Of a DNA stretch of 64,000 nt, positions 9,572 to 19,165 are shown in pieces. The stretch lies in NCBI GenBank assembly GCA_044220885.1, contig JBGAQE010000003.1, positions 2,414 through 66,413 of the forward strand. The letters run 5' to 3'. The first letter of the stretch is position 1. Each line of letters opens with the position of its first letter. A program made the translations under genes and the position numbers. A model generated the notes under the pieces. The model was not told the origin of the DNA. It was given only the letters and a program-made list of their open reading frames with translations, and did no database searches. The stretch is from Chitinophagaceae bacterium (lineage in GTDB: Bacteria; Bacteroidota; Bacteroidia; Chitinophagales; Chitinophagaceae).

Positions 9572-10177
9572 ATGAAACCTTATCAAAAAAAGAGCCTGAT
9601 TGCAGGCTGTCTATTTGCCTTATTGTTGCTTGGCAACAAAACATTCTCTCAAAAAGGATCGATGCCAGTATCTGTTTCCATATTTAATGAAGCCACTGCC
9701 ATTCCTTTTACAAAGTTCGCTACCCGCCCAATTCATCCAGGAATTCAGGTTGGATCTGGTTTTTCCTATAACCAACACCGAAATCACCAATGGTTACAAA
9801 CAATCAATCTGGTCTATTACTTCCACAGCGATCTCAACCATGGTATCGGTTTATATACAGAATTCGGATATCAGTATATGTTTAAAAATGGCATTTCCTT
9901 TTCACCACTGATTGGGGTAGGATACATGCGTACATATTCTGTAAATGAAGAATTCGCTTTGGATAATGGGCAGTATATAAAAAGAAAAGATAATGGTAAT
10001 GGAAGACTCATGCCTTCGCTTTCTTTAGAAGCTGGTTTCTATCCCAAAAAGGACTTTAACAGCACTAAATTCTTCCTGAAATATCAGGCATGGGCTGAAT
10101 ACCCATACTCCCCGGGATTTATTCCAGTAATGACTCATATAAACCTGCATGCAGGTGTACAATTCAATAAGCACTAA
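9572..10177 (+). CDS. Putative outer-membrane beta-barrel protein
   Basis: Signal peptide ending SQ (start MKPYQ at 9572); alternating aromatic/Gly beta-strands; C-terminal LHAGVQF. Confidence 0.6.
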   Translation: MKPYQKKSLIAGCLFALLLLGNKTFSQKGSMPVSVSIFNEATAIPFTKFATRPIHPGIQVGSGFSYNQHRNHQWLQTINLVYYFHSDLNHGIGLYTEFGYQYMFKNGISFSPLIGVGYMRTYSVNEEFALDNGQYIKRKDNGNGRLMPSLSLEAGFYPKKDFNSTKFFLKYQAWAEYPYSPGFIPVMTHINLHAGVQFNKH

Positions 10178-10196
10178 TCAAATTAATATCTATACA

Positions 10197-11375
10197 ATGA
10201 AGTTCATATTATACCTATCATTTCTTGTAATGATAATAGCTTGCAAGAAGTCACTCGACTTGCAGCCTGCATTTTACGATTGTAGTCCAGTACCAGCTGA
10301 TAGTAGCAGCCGAAATCCGAATAACTCAAAATATCAGGCATTAATAAATGACATGACTTCCAAAGGTGTTGTTGGTATAATGATGTCGGTTCATGAACCC
10401 CGCCACGGTATGTGGGTTGGTGCGAGCGGAATGGCAGATTTACATAACAATATAGCTATGAAGTCATGCAATATTACAAGAGCGGGATCTATCATAAAAA
10501 TGTATGTAGCTGTAACCCTTCTGAAATTACAGGAAGAAGGAAAACTGGATTTGGATGATAAAGTAACAGATCATCTTAATGATGACATCCTGAGTAAAAT
10601 TAAGAATACTGATAAGTCAACTATCAGGCAATTACTGCAACACTCAAGTGGTATTTATAATTATATCTTGAACCCTCAATTTCAGACAGCTTCTCTAAAT
10701 AATCTTATTAAAGAATGGCATGCCCCAGACCTTTTATACTATGCTAAGAATATGGATCCCTATTTTCAACCAGGCGAGGATGTTCATTACTCCAATACAG
10801 GATATATAATACTTGGCATGCTCATTGAAAAGATAGAAAATAAGCCATTGTACCAGGTACTGGATGAAAAAATCTTTACACCACTACATCAGTCAAAATC
10901 ATTCTTTGCTGCAAAAGACAAAGTACCAAATGGAATCGTTAGAGGATATGTAGATTTCTATAGCACGCTTGAAGTAACAGAGAGTACATATTATAGTGGT
11001 TGGGATTATTTCACAGCAGATGGAGGTTTGATATCAAACCCTTATGATATGAACGTATTCATCAGATCATTGATGGCAGGAAAAATAATCAATACAGCAT
11101 CTTTGCAGGAGATGCTCCAATGGAAAAGGCCCCGTGAACAGGATGAGACACTTTTTGAAACAGAATATGGTCTTGGGATATTCAAGATACTAACATCGAA
11201 AGGGGTTGCTTATATACATAGTGGAGATGCAATTGGATATTACAACACCATGCTTTATTTCCCATCAGATGGAACAACCATTATCTATTCGGTAAACAGT
11301 AATTATGGAAAGATTGACCAATTTCTGTCTACCAAAGAAGCAATGGAAAAAATAATAACCACAATAAAAGAGTAA
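10197..11375 (+). CDS. Serine hydrolase lipoprotein, beta-lactamase/D-Ala-D-Ala carboxypeptidase family
   Basis: Lipobox IIAC; SIIK (SxxK), LLQHSSG, YSN and HSG motifs. Confidence 0.9.
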   Translation: MKFILYLSFLVMIIACKKSLDLQPAFYDCSPVPADSSSRNPNNSKYQALINDMTSKGVVGIMMSVHEPRHGMWVGASGMADLHNNIAMKSCNITRAGSIIKMYVAVTLLKLQEEGKLDLDDKVTDHLNDDILSKIKNTDKSTIRQLLQHSSGIYNYILNPQFQTASLNNLIKEWHAPDLLYYAKNMDPYFQPGEDVHYSNTGYIILGMLIEKIENKPLYQVLDEKIFTPLHQSKSFFAAKDKVPNGIVRGYVDFYSTLEVTESTYYSGWDYFTADGGLISNPYDMNVFIRSLMAGKIINTASLQEMLQWKRPREQDETLFETEYGLGIFKILTSKGVAYIHSGDAIGYYNTMLYFPSDGTTIIYSVNSNYGKIDQFLSTKEAMEKIITTIKE

Positions 11376-11384
11376 GTACTAGCA

Positions 11385-12761
11385 TTATTTCTTAATAAAC
11401 TCCAATGGCATCATTTTCCTTATAAAGTAAATACCATCAAAGAAATCGGAAATGTTTCCAGAAATATTTGGGTTGCCACCAATGATATTATGGAATAAAG
11501 TGTTGTCCGATATTTCCTTCGGTAATTGCTTCTTATCAAGGTTTAGGATGCCATTGGGTGTTTTTAATTTCGCCAGATATGCTTCAAGGCTATGATCTGC
11601 TATAGATATCTCACCTAAATAGCTATTCTTTCCTGTCCGATCATAATTTACAGTTCCACTCAGCGTAGTAAAACCTAAGCTGTAACATTTATCTCCAAAA
11701 TACTCTTTCAGGTAAGTACCCATGGTCTTGTATCCTTTATTATAAGTGAACCTGCTATTAAATGCAAAGCTGCTATCGACCAGTAAATTATGGAACTGAG
11801 CGAGATGACGATTATACATAGTATGTTCTGATGCCGCCCAAATAATGATCTTTTCTCCCGGATATAAAGTCTCCTTTATCCAACGGATATTTTCTGCCAT
11901 CATCTTATCTCTTCTGTTTAATGAGCCCATGGATGCACGGCTGGCAACAAAACCGTATACACTATCGGGCGGCTTGGGCTGACCAAACATGTGATAATTG
12001 GATGGTGCATCCAACCACATGAAATTTATATTCTGCTTAAAATTGAATAAAGCCTGCTTAAGTATCTTATCCTGTTTTGTTGGTTTTGGATCAAGATCCA
12101 TTTCCACCAATATATCATCCATAACATTAAAAAGAAGCAATTTATCTTTCTCTTTCCAGGTGCTTTGATAAAGGTTGGAATACATTCTTTTAAATAAATT
12201 CATGTATTGCTGATAGTAGTCGTACTGGAGTATTATACTATTCTTCTTTTGGAGATAAGCATGAACACTATCCCATAAAGCAACACGAGGTGCTGTCTGG
12301 TTATCAAATCCAATAACCTTTAAAGGTTTACTTCCTGCTTTTACGGTGGAGAGAATATACGGATAAAGCGATTCGGTGCTTTTCACCTTTCCCCAAAAAG
12401 GATATAGAGTGTTGCTTATTTCCGATGACTTGTTAATCCGAACAGCTTCATCATAAGCATCCGCCAAAGAGTATAGGTCATATTCAAAGGCAAGCACCGT
12501 AAATCCCATTTCATCGTGCAGGAATTTAATCAATTTTGTTTTCGATTCGAAACTAGTGGCGAAAACATGATCTTCTTCTCCCAGAAGTACGACCTCCTTT
12601 CCTTTTAACATTTGTTTTAATGGTTCGTATTCTTTTGAATTATCAACATACTGACTAGTAGTTGAGATGGGGATGACCTTGTCAGAAATCCATGATTTCG
12701 GGTTTTGGGAATATGTTTTAACAACAAGATTGGCAAGTAAAAGAAAAAGGAAAGGTTTCAT
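11385..12761 (-). CDS. Erythromycin esterase (EreA/EreB-like) family secreted protein
   Basis: VVLLGEEDH, LIKFLHDEMGFTVLAFE, RDKMMAENIRW, KIIIWAASEH, MGTYL and FDGIYFI. Confidence 0.88.
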   Translation of the reverse strand: MKPFLFLLLANLVVKTYSQNPKSWISDKVIPISTTSQYVDNSKEYEPLKQMLKGKEVVLLGEEDHVFATSFESKTKLIKFLHDEMGFTVLAFEYDLYSLADAYDEAVRINKSSEISNTLYPFWGKVKSTESLYPYILSTVKAGSKPLKVIGFDNQTAPRVALWDSVHAYLQKKNSIILQYDYYQQYMNLFKRMYSNLYQSTWKEKDKLLLFNVMDDILVEMDLDPKPTKQDKILKQALFNFKQNINFMWLDAPSNYHMFGQPKPPDSVYGFVASRASMGSLNRRDKMMAENIRWIKETLYPGEKIIIWAASEHTMYNRHLAQFHNLLVDSSFAFNSRFTYNKGYKTMGTYLKEYFGDKCYSLGFTTLSGTVNYDRTGKNSYLGEISIADHSLEAYLAKLKTPNGILNLDKKQLPKEISDNTLFHNIIGGNPNISGNISDFFDGIYFIRKMMPLEFIKK

Positions 12762-12860
12762 GTGTTAGCAGTTATTAGTGAGGCAGATCCAGACTTAATT
12801 TAAGGATTTTAAACGGGTCGGAATTTGATAAATTATCTGCAGAGGGATAAGATATTGTTA

Positions 12861-12948
12861 AGATGACTTCTCCCGGGTTGACTTCCTGGAGGTTGACTTC
12901 TCGGAGGTTGACTTCCTGGAGGATGACATCCCGGGAGATGTCAACCTC
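12861..12948. repeat. Family A tandem array, copy 5: six 15-bp units
   Basis: agatgacttctcccg/ggttgacttcctgga/ggttgacttctcgga/ggttgacttcctgga/ggatgacatcccggg/agatgtcaacctc, between divergent genes. Confidence 0.85.
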
Positions 12949-13071
12949 CGTTATTTCCACGCCCCTTTCACCGCTTTTCCCTCATTAAAAATGATGAAAA
13001 CAACAACCCATACAACTCTCTAGACCTAAACAATCTACCTTTAATGAATAAACCGGAATTAAACCCACAAT

Positions 13072-13788
13072 ATGAAACTCTTAACTCTTCTCTTACTCTC
13101 TTCCTTGCTATCCTCCAATCCCGGCTTTTCCCAATCCAGCCTTGAAGACAAATTCATCAAATACATTATTGACCCAAAGAAACAAGACCTCCGGTTTTTT
13201 TATAAGGATGAGAAAAACCAAGCTTACAGATCTATCCAACAATTAAAGACATCACTAGAAAAGAAAGGCGAAAAACTGTTGTTCGCTATGAACGGAGGAA
13301 TGTATATGGAAGGCAATATTCCTTTGGGATTATATATAGAATCAGGAAAAACTATACGTGCACTCAACACTCGTTCCGCTTCCGGCAATTTCTATATGAA
13401 ACCAAACGGTGTTTTCTATATTAGTTCTGATGGAAAAGCGGTTATCACTACCACCCCTTCTTATAAATACAACAGCAGCATCCGATTCGCTACACAATCC
13501 GGCCCAATGTTATTGATAGATGGAAAGATCCATCCCGACTTTAATGAAAAATCAAACAATATTAATATACGCAATGGTGTAGGTGTACTCCCTGATGGGA
13601 AATCGGTGTTTGTCCTTTCAAAAACATTTGTGACATTTTATGAGATGGCCACTTACTTTAAAACACTGGGTTGCAAAAATGCGCTGTATTTAGATGGGGC
13701 AGTTTCCAGAATGTACCTGCCATCGGCCAATTGGACAGATACCGATGGCGATTTCGGGGTTATCATTGGAGAAGTTCAGAAAAAATAA
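13072..13788 (+). CDS. Phosphodiester glycosidase (NAGPA/DUF2233, YigE-like) family protein
   Basis: FAMNGGMY, GNFYMKPNGVFYI, ATQSGPML, RNGVG and ALYLDG..S motifs. Confidence 0.9.
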   Translation: MKLLTLLLLSSLLSSNPGFSQSSLEDKFIKYIIDPKKQDLRFFYKDEKNQAYRSIQQLKTSLEKKGEKLLFAMNGGMYMEGNIPLGLYIESGKTIRALNTRSASGNFYMKPNGVFYISSDGKAVITTTPSYKYNSSIRFATQSGPMLLIDGKIHPDFNEKSNNINIRNGVGVLPDGKSVFVLSKTFVTFYEMATYFKTLGCKNALYLDGAVSRMYLPSANWTDTDGDFGVIIGEVQKK

Positions 13789-13883
13789 CTTGAATTGCAC
13801 TCAACATACTATGGAAATACATCGATTTCTTATCTAATTATACAGTTCCCGGCTATATTTTATAAGTAAACGGTTGTATAGCC

Positions 13884-14723
13884 ATGAAACCAAAACTGAT
13901 TTATTTTTTAATACCCTTCATATCCATCGCGTGTTCCTTTAATAGTAATAAACAGGAAGAATCGAAAACAGTTCATTCAAAAAGCAAGCCATCGCCTTTA
14001 CATAAAATCGATTTTGATTCTTCCATCAAAACCATTCATGTATTTGTAGCACTTTGTGACAATAAGTATCAGGGCATAGTACCAGTACCTGCTGCTATCG
14101 GAAATGGACAGGACCCGAATTCCAATCTTTATTGGGGTTGTGCAGCTGGGGTTCGTACTTATTTCCAGAAAAGTGCCACTTGGGTTTTGGTGAAAAAGGA
14201 AAAGCTGAAAGGGCAGCGATTAGAACGGGTCGTCTTCAAACATAAAAAGGAGAATTTCTATCTCGTAGCTGATGCTTACGATGGACAATTTATTAAACAG
14301 TGTACCATTGACTTCCTTGAAAGTGCTGCTGGAATCAGGAAAGATACCATTCAGATAAATGGGCATATCCTAGGCATTTCCGGAAATTCAAAACTACTCT
14401 CCTATATTGGTCATGATGGACTTATGGATTTCAATCTCACCCAATCGTTTCCAAAATCAGATAATAACAAACGAGATCTTATCATACTAGCCTGTATCAG
14501 TAAGCGATATTTTGCTCCTCATATAAAAGAAACTGGAGCCAATCCACTTGTTTGGAGTACAGGATTGATGAGTCCTGAGGCATATACATTACATGACGCC
14601 TTGGAATCTTATATCAGTAAAAAATCGGATGAGGCGGTACGATCAAGTGCAGCTAAAGCCTATGCGCGATACCAGAAATGCGGGGAAAAGGCTGCAAGGA
14701 ATTTATTGGTAACAGGGTATTAG
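13884..14723 (+). CDS. Conserved hypothetical lipoprotein
   Basis: Lipobox SIAC; HVFVALCDN..QGIVPVP..IGNG....NLYWG and YIGHDGLMDF; long ORF. Confidence 0.75.
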   Translation: MKPKLIYFLIPFISIACSFNSNKQEESKTVHSKSKPSPLHKIDFDSSIKTIHVFVALCDNKYQGIVPVPAAIGNGQDPNSNLYWGCAAGVRTYFQKSATWVLVKKEKLKGQRLERVVFKHKKENFYLVADAYDGQFIKQCTIDFLESAAGIRKDTIQINGHILGISGNSKLLSYIGHDGLMDFNLTQSFPKSDNNKRDLIILACISKRYFAPHIKETGANPLVWSTGLMSPEAYTLHDALESYISKKSDEAVRSSAAKAYARYQKCGEKAARNLLVTGY

Positions 14724-14813
14724 AATAAAGGTTGATTATTATCAGCCCGGATTTGACTTTAAATCCTGAATAGTATTCCTTAGCTTAGTGTATATACGAA
14801 AACCTCATTTATT

Positions 14814-15281
14814 TTGGAACAAGTCACTACTTCGTCGCTTGAAACAGAAAATGATATTCTACCTGTTCCTCCGGAATATAAAATCAATATCGAAAAAGGG
14901 ATATTGATTGCAACTTTTATTGGAGGTCCTGTTGCAGGCGCTATACTAATTGCGGAAAATTTCAACCGATTCGGGAAGGGAACCTCCGCAAGGAATACCT
15001 GGGTGTTTACAATATTGGGAATCATTTTATTTACAATAACATTATTCTATACCCGAATACTTGAATTCCTATCACCAATTACAATACCGTTTCTCTATAC
15101 CGGGGTAGTATCACTCTGCTACTACAATTTTCAGGATAAATTAGTAAAAAACCATCTTGCTAATGATGGGCCAATTTATTCGGTAGACAGGAGTGTTTTG
15201 GCTGCACTGATTGGGTTAATCATAATGGCTCCGATATATTTCTTTGCTTATAGGGGAATTGAGAATGTTGGAAGTCTTTAA
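14814..15281 (+). CDS. Hypothetical membrane protein
   Basis: ATFIGGPVAGAILIAENF motif, four TM segments; TTG start uncertain. Confidence 0.65.
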   Translation: MEQVTTSSLETENDILPVPPEYKINIEKGILIATFIGGPVAGAILIAENFNRFGKGTSARNTWVFTILGIILFTITLFYTRILEFLSPITIPFLYTGVVSLCYYNFQDKLVKNHLANDGPIYSVDRSVLAALIGLIIMAPIYFFAYRGIENVGSL

Positions 15282-15294
15282 ACATAGCGTAAAG

Positions 15295-15912
15295 ATGAAT
15301 TCGAAAATTTTACAGAAGCTACTTAAACCTATCTTAATGGGTGCTTTGCTTTTTACTTCCATAACAGGTTATACACAGTTGACAGATCAGGAAGTAATGG
15401 ATCGCAAAATGGGGAGGTATAAAAAAGATACCAGTTATATCTATACACTTCCTTACAAAGAAGGGAAAAGAATATTACTTATTCAGGCCGCAAATAGCGA
15501 GATGAGTCACAAGGATGAACTTTCGCTTGATTTTAAAATGAATAAAGGAACACCTATTTGTGCAGCGAGAGAGGGTATTGTGATTGAGACAAAGGAGGAT
15601 AGTGATGAAGGAGGTGTAAAGGAAGAGTATCTGGCAAAGGGAAATCATATCATCATTCTGCATTCTGATGGCAGCAAGGCCAAATACTGGCATTTGAAAA
15701 AAGAAGGGGTGTTGGTGAATGTTGGAGATACTGTAACAAAGGGTCAGATAATCGGTTATTCAGGGAATACAGGATATACAGCTTTTCCGCATTTACATTT
15801 TCAGGTTGTAGATGGTACTGGTAAGCAAATCATGACCCGGTTTTATACAAGGAAGGGGGTTTTATATCCAAAACCGGGGAATTGGTATAAGGCGGTGAGG
15901 GAATCGAGATGA
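15295..15912 (+). CDS. M23 family metallopeptidase
   Basis: H....LDF, PICAAREG, YWHL, GYSGNTG...PHLHF. The stop TGA lies inside the family A repeat. Confidence 0.9.
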   Translation: MNSKILQKLLKPILMGALLFTSITGYTQLTDQEVMDRKMGRYKKDTSYIYTLPYKEGKRILLIQAANSEMSHKDELSLDFKMNKGTPICAAREGIVIETKEDSDEGGVKEEYLAKGNHIIILHSDGSKAKYWHLKKEGVLVNVGDTVTKGQIIGYSGNTGYTAFPHLHFQVVDGTGKQIMTRFYTRKGVLYPKPGNWYKAVRESR

Positions 15913-16036
15913 CATCTCGGGAGATGTCATCTCCTGAGGGCTTCACCCAAATACAACCGTTTTTTCCTTAAAAAATCTGTGAAAATCACGTTGAGATGAC
16001 ATCTCCCAGGATGTCAACCTGAGGTAAAGCACAACT
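15905..16036. repeat. Composite (REPIN/BIME-like) family A element, copy 6: two units + ~60-bp spacer + two units + gaggtaaagcacaact end
   Basis: Same units and spacer as 6316-6462. Confidence 0.85.
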
Positions 16037-16076
16037 CCCATCCCGATTTCTTATTTTTATACCTCATTCTACAGCT

Positions 16077-17603
16077 ATGAAGAAAATCACCAGCCTCCTT
16101 CTCCTCCTTTTACTAACCCTTTCAGCCCTAACCCAATCCCTCCCCCGCTCCACACCCGAAGCGGAAGGCGTTTCTTCCGCAGCTATCCTCCGTTTTATCG
16201 AAGCTTATCAAACCAATAAACATGAACTGCATTCTGTAATGATCATCCGACATGGAAAAGTGATCACAGAAGCATGGTGGAATCCGTATGCAGCTGATCT
16301 AAAACACAGCATGTACTCAATCAGCAAAAGCTGGACTTCCACAGCTGTTGGATTTGCTGTTGATGAGAAAAAATTATCCGTTACCGATAAAGTGATTTCT
16401 TTCTTCCCCGAATATCAAGGTCTGTCATCCAAACCCTTTATAGCAGATCTTACCGTAAAAGACCTGCTTACAATGTCGGTAGGACATGACCGGGAAGATT
16501 TTGGAACTGTATTTATGCAGGCAGATTGGACGAATGCCTTTCTCCGTCTACCTATAGTATATAAGCCGGGAACTAAGTTCATGTATAATACCCTGGCCAC
16601 TTATCTTCTGTCGGCTATTGTACAAAAGGCAACAGGACAAAAACTGATGGATTACTTAACTCCTCGCCTTTTCACTCCTTTGGGAATATCAGGTGTTGAT
16701 TGGGAAGAAAATAACAAAGGCATTAATACTGGGGGTTGGGGAATCAGGGTTAAAACAGAGGATATGGCAAAACTCGGATTGCTATATCTAAACAAGGGTC
16801 AATTCAATGGAAAACAAATTTTATCCAGTGAATGGGTTAAGGAAGCAACAAGTAAACAGATTGAACAAAAGCCCGATACCACACAAGCAGCCAAAGATTC
16901 AAGTGACTGGTTACAAGGCTACGGCTATCAGTTTTGGCGTTGCAGAAACAATGCTGTTCGTGGCGATGGTGCCTTTGGACAATATATAGTTATGATGCCA
17001 GATCAGGATGCAGTTGTAATCATCACGTCTGAATCATTAGATCTGCAAGACGACCTGAATATGATTTGGAGAAACCTGTTACCTGCATTTAGCAATAACA
17101 GTTCAATTCCGGGAGACAGAAGAAGCTTGCGTCGCTTACAGAAGAAAATAAAGCAATTGAAACTGAATCCACCAGCTACCATTACTAAAAAAGGAGATGA
17201 GCAATTAGTAAATACAAGCTTTCCACTTACAGCCAATGCTCTGAATTTTGCCTCTATTAAAGTGCAAAACAGCAATAAAAAATGGTCGCTTGTAATTGAG
17301 GATAAAGCAAAAAAGACCTACGAGATACCTTTAGGATTCCAATCATGGGCCTTTGGAGAAACTACTTTGGTAGGACCATACTTGTTACGCCCAGCTCCTA
17401 TTAATTTTGGATTGTTGGGTGCTTTTAAAACAGCAGGTTCTTGTCGTTGGCTGGATGCTGAAACACTAGAAGTTACAGTACGATATATTGAGAGTCCGCA
17501 TCACTGGACAATGCAACTGAAGAAGGAAGAGGGGCAGTTGAAATTGAAGTTGATAAATTCTTATGCACCTGATACAGTAATGGAGATAAAGGAGAAAAAG
17601 TAA
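16077..17603 (+). CDS. Secreted serine hydrolase, beta-lactamase family (class C/6-aminohexanoate-dimer hydrolase-like)
   Basis: LPRSTPEAEGVSS, SISKS (SxxK), LLTMSVG, YNT and YGYQFW...RGDGAFGQ. Confidence 0.9.
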   Translation: MKKITSLLLLLLLTLSALTQSLPRSTPEAEGVSSAAILRFIEAYQTNKHELHSVMIIRHGKVITEAWWNPYAADLKHSMYSISKSWTSTAVGFAVDEKKLSVTDKVISFFPEYQGLSSKPFIADLTVKDLLTMSVGHDREDFGTVFMQADWTNAFLRLPIVYKPGTKFMYNTLATYLLSAIVQKATGQKLMDYLTPRLFTPLGISGVDWEENNKGINTGGWGIRVKTEDMAKLGLLYLNKGQFNGKQILSSEWVKEATSKQIEQKPDTTQAAKDSSDWLQGYGYQFWRCRNNAVRGDGAFGQYIVMMPDQDAVVIITSESLDLQDDLNMIWRNLLPAFSNNSSIPGDRRSLRRLQKKIKQLKLNPPATITKKGDEQLVNTSFPLTANALNFASIKVQNSNKKWSLVIEDKAKKTYEIPLGFQSWAFGETTLVGPYLLRPAPINFGLLGAFKTAGSCRWLDAETLEVTVRYIESPHHWTMQLKKEEGQLKLKLINSYAPDTVMEIKEKK

Positions 17604-17607
17604 TTTG

Positions 17608-17626
17608 ATCCCGCAAGTGCGGGATG
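17608..17626. terminator. Probable bidirectional intrinsic terminator
   Basis: Hairpin atcccgc-aagt-gcgggat between convergent genes. Confidence 0.55.
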
Positions 17627-17650
17627 AAAATTTGAAAATCTTTTAAATTA

Positions 17651-19000
17651 TTATTCTTTAATTATAGTTAGCTTTTTATTGCTTATAACTTTATTACTCT
17701 TGTCCCTAACCAAAACCATATACTTTCCCGGTAACAATGCCCCAGTAAACTCAATTTTGTCCTTAATCAATCTTTGATAACTTGGAACTACATGTTCCGT
17801 TCCATAACTTTCAGCTTCCTCTAATGGCAATATCTGAAGTAAAAAGCCATTTTGTAATTCTGCTTTACTTAGTTTAACACTGAATTTCTTTAAGCCAATC
17901 CTTTTGTTCATCTCGTCCTGAAAATAATGACTGTAAGAGTTGGTGATTATGCTGAAATCGTACATATGAATCCCGGAAAGGTCTAAAGGCTTACCATTCA
18001 TAAATAATATAGCCGGCCCCTTTACCTTTGGTATCAGATAATTATAATAAATGTTTTTATAAGAATTTATATAGCCTTCACTGATTTCATGCTGCGCCAC
18101 GGTAATAGGCTCAATACCGGTAGAATCCCATATAACTTGTGCTACTGACCACAAAACACCCTTTGGAAGGTTTTTGGCACTATGCGCATATCCAACATGA
18201 ATTACCATTTTAGCTGTTGAATCGCTTTTAATTATCTTAGACAGCCTACTGCCTGAAGTTTCTTCTCTCTCTTTATAAGTTTTACACGCACCACAATCAT
18301 ACCCTATAACAGTAAATCCAAGTTTATGAGCATATCTTATTAGATTCGCCATGCCCGGTTCTAATAAATAAACTCCAGAACCAGGCATCTTAATATTCAA
18401 CTTTTCATTTGCAGAAAACTTAACTTTAGGATCAAGGGCTTCTAATGCCAGATATCGATAGCCGGCTTTGAATAAATCTTCCAAAAGGCTTGTTGTGAAA
18501 ACTCGTGTAGGCGATGAATGATGCTCTTCACCAATAATAAAAATCCTTGATTTTACAGCTGATGATATTAAAGTAGCATGTGCATCAACGAATTCAACTT
18601 TATCCAAAAATGTTGTGTCGCTTTTTTTAGGATTGTATACTGAGTTATAAGGTCGATATACTATGCTAGAATCTTCATACTGGACAGCGACCCTATTCGC
18701 ACCCAAATATGAATAATAAACAGACAATTGTGAATAAAACTGACTCTTTGTAGCAGAATCAAATTTTGTGGGATTTAAAGATTGTAGAAATAAAAAGCTG
18801 CTTATATAATCAATTTCATTGTTCTTGTTAAAACCTCTGGATCGCTGAGATATTTGCATTAAAGTAGGTACAGTATCTTGAAAGTTTATATTTTCTATTG
18901 CAGAGTGGAAAATGTCCGAAGTACTTGCCATCGTACAATTCGAAGCAAAAGCAACTATAAAAAATACCTGAAACACTTTATTCAAATGAAAACATGCCAT
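17651..19000 (-). CDS. Secreted hypothetical protein, EreA/ChaN-like fold
   Basis: IFIIGEEHH, L...GYRYLALEAL, RE......L and HVGYAH; start probably MACFH at 19000. Confidence 0.6.
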   Translation of the reverse strand: MACFHLNKVFQVFFIVAFASNCTMASTSDIFHSAIENINFQDTVPTLMQISQRSRGFNKNNEIDYISSFLFLQSLNPTKFDSATKSQFYSQLSVYYSYLGANRVAVQYEDSSIVYRPYNSVYNPKKSDTTFLDKVEFVDAHATLISSAVKSRIFIIGEEHHSSPTRVFTTSLLEDLFKAGYRYLALEALDPKVKFSANEKLNIKMPGSGVYLLEPGMANLIRYAHKLGFTVIGYDCGACKTYKEREETSGSRLSKIIKSDSTAKMVIHVGYAHSAKNLPKGVLWSVAQVIWDSTGIEPITVAQHEISEGYINSYKNIYYNYLIPKVKGPAILFMNGKPLDLSGIHMYDFSIITNSYSHYFQDEMNKRIGLKKFSVKLSKAELQNGFLLQILPLEEAESYGTEHVVPSYQRLIKDKIEFTGALLPGKYMVLVRDKSNKVISNKKLTIIKE

Positions 19001-19165
19001 AAAGTATAATTTAAGTAAGGTTAGATACAATCCTACACCTCTTTCCCATTCGTTTGGCTTCGTTATATCAAAAGAAATCGTTTAAGCTATATAATCCTGA
19101 ACGGAGCGCCTTTTCAGCTTGAATAACATAGTAATCAGTTCAGTAATGAGACAGGATTGAAAATT

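Noticed and set aside
12775-12960. 61-aa ORF with EVNLQ pentapeptide-like repeats
   Set aside because: It is the translation of the 15-bp family A DNA repeat, with a GTG start and no independent coding evidence.
2147-16036. Family A or B as integron attC sites
   Set aside because: attC sites run RYYYAAC...GTTRRRY. These run GTT...AAC, lack those core consensus boxes, and no intI gene is in the window.
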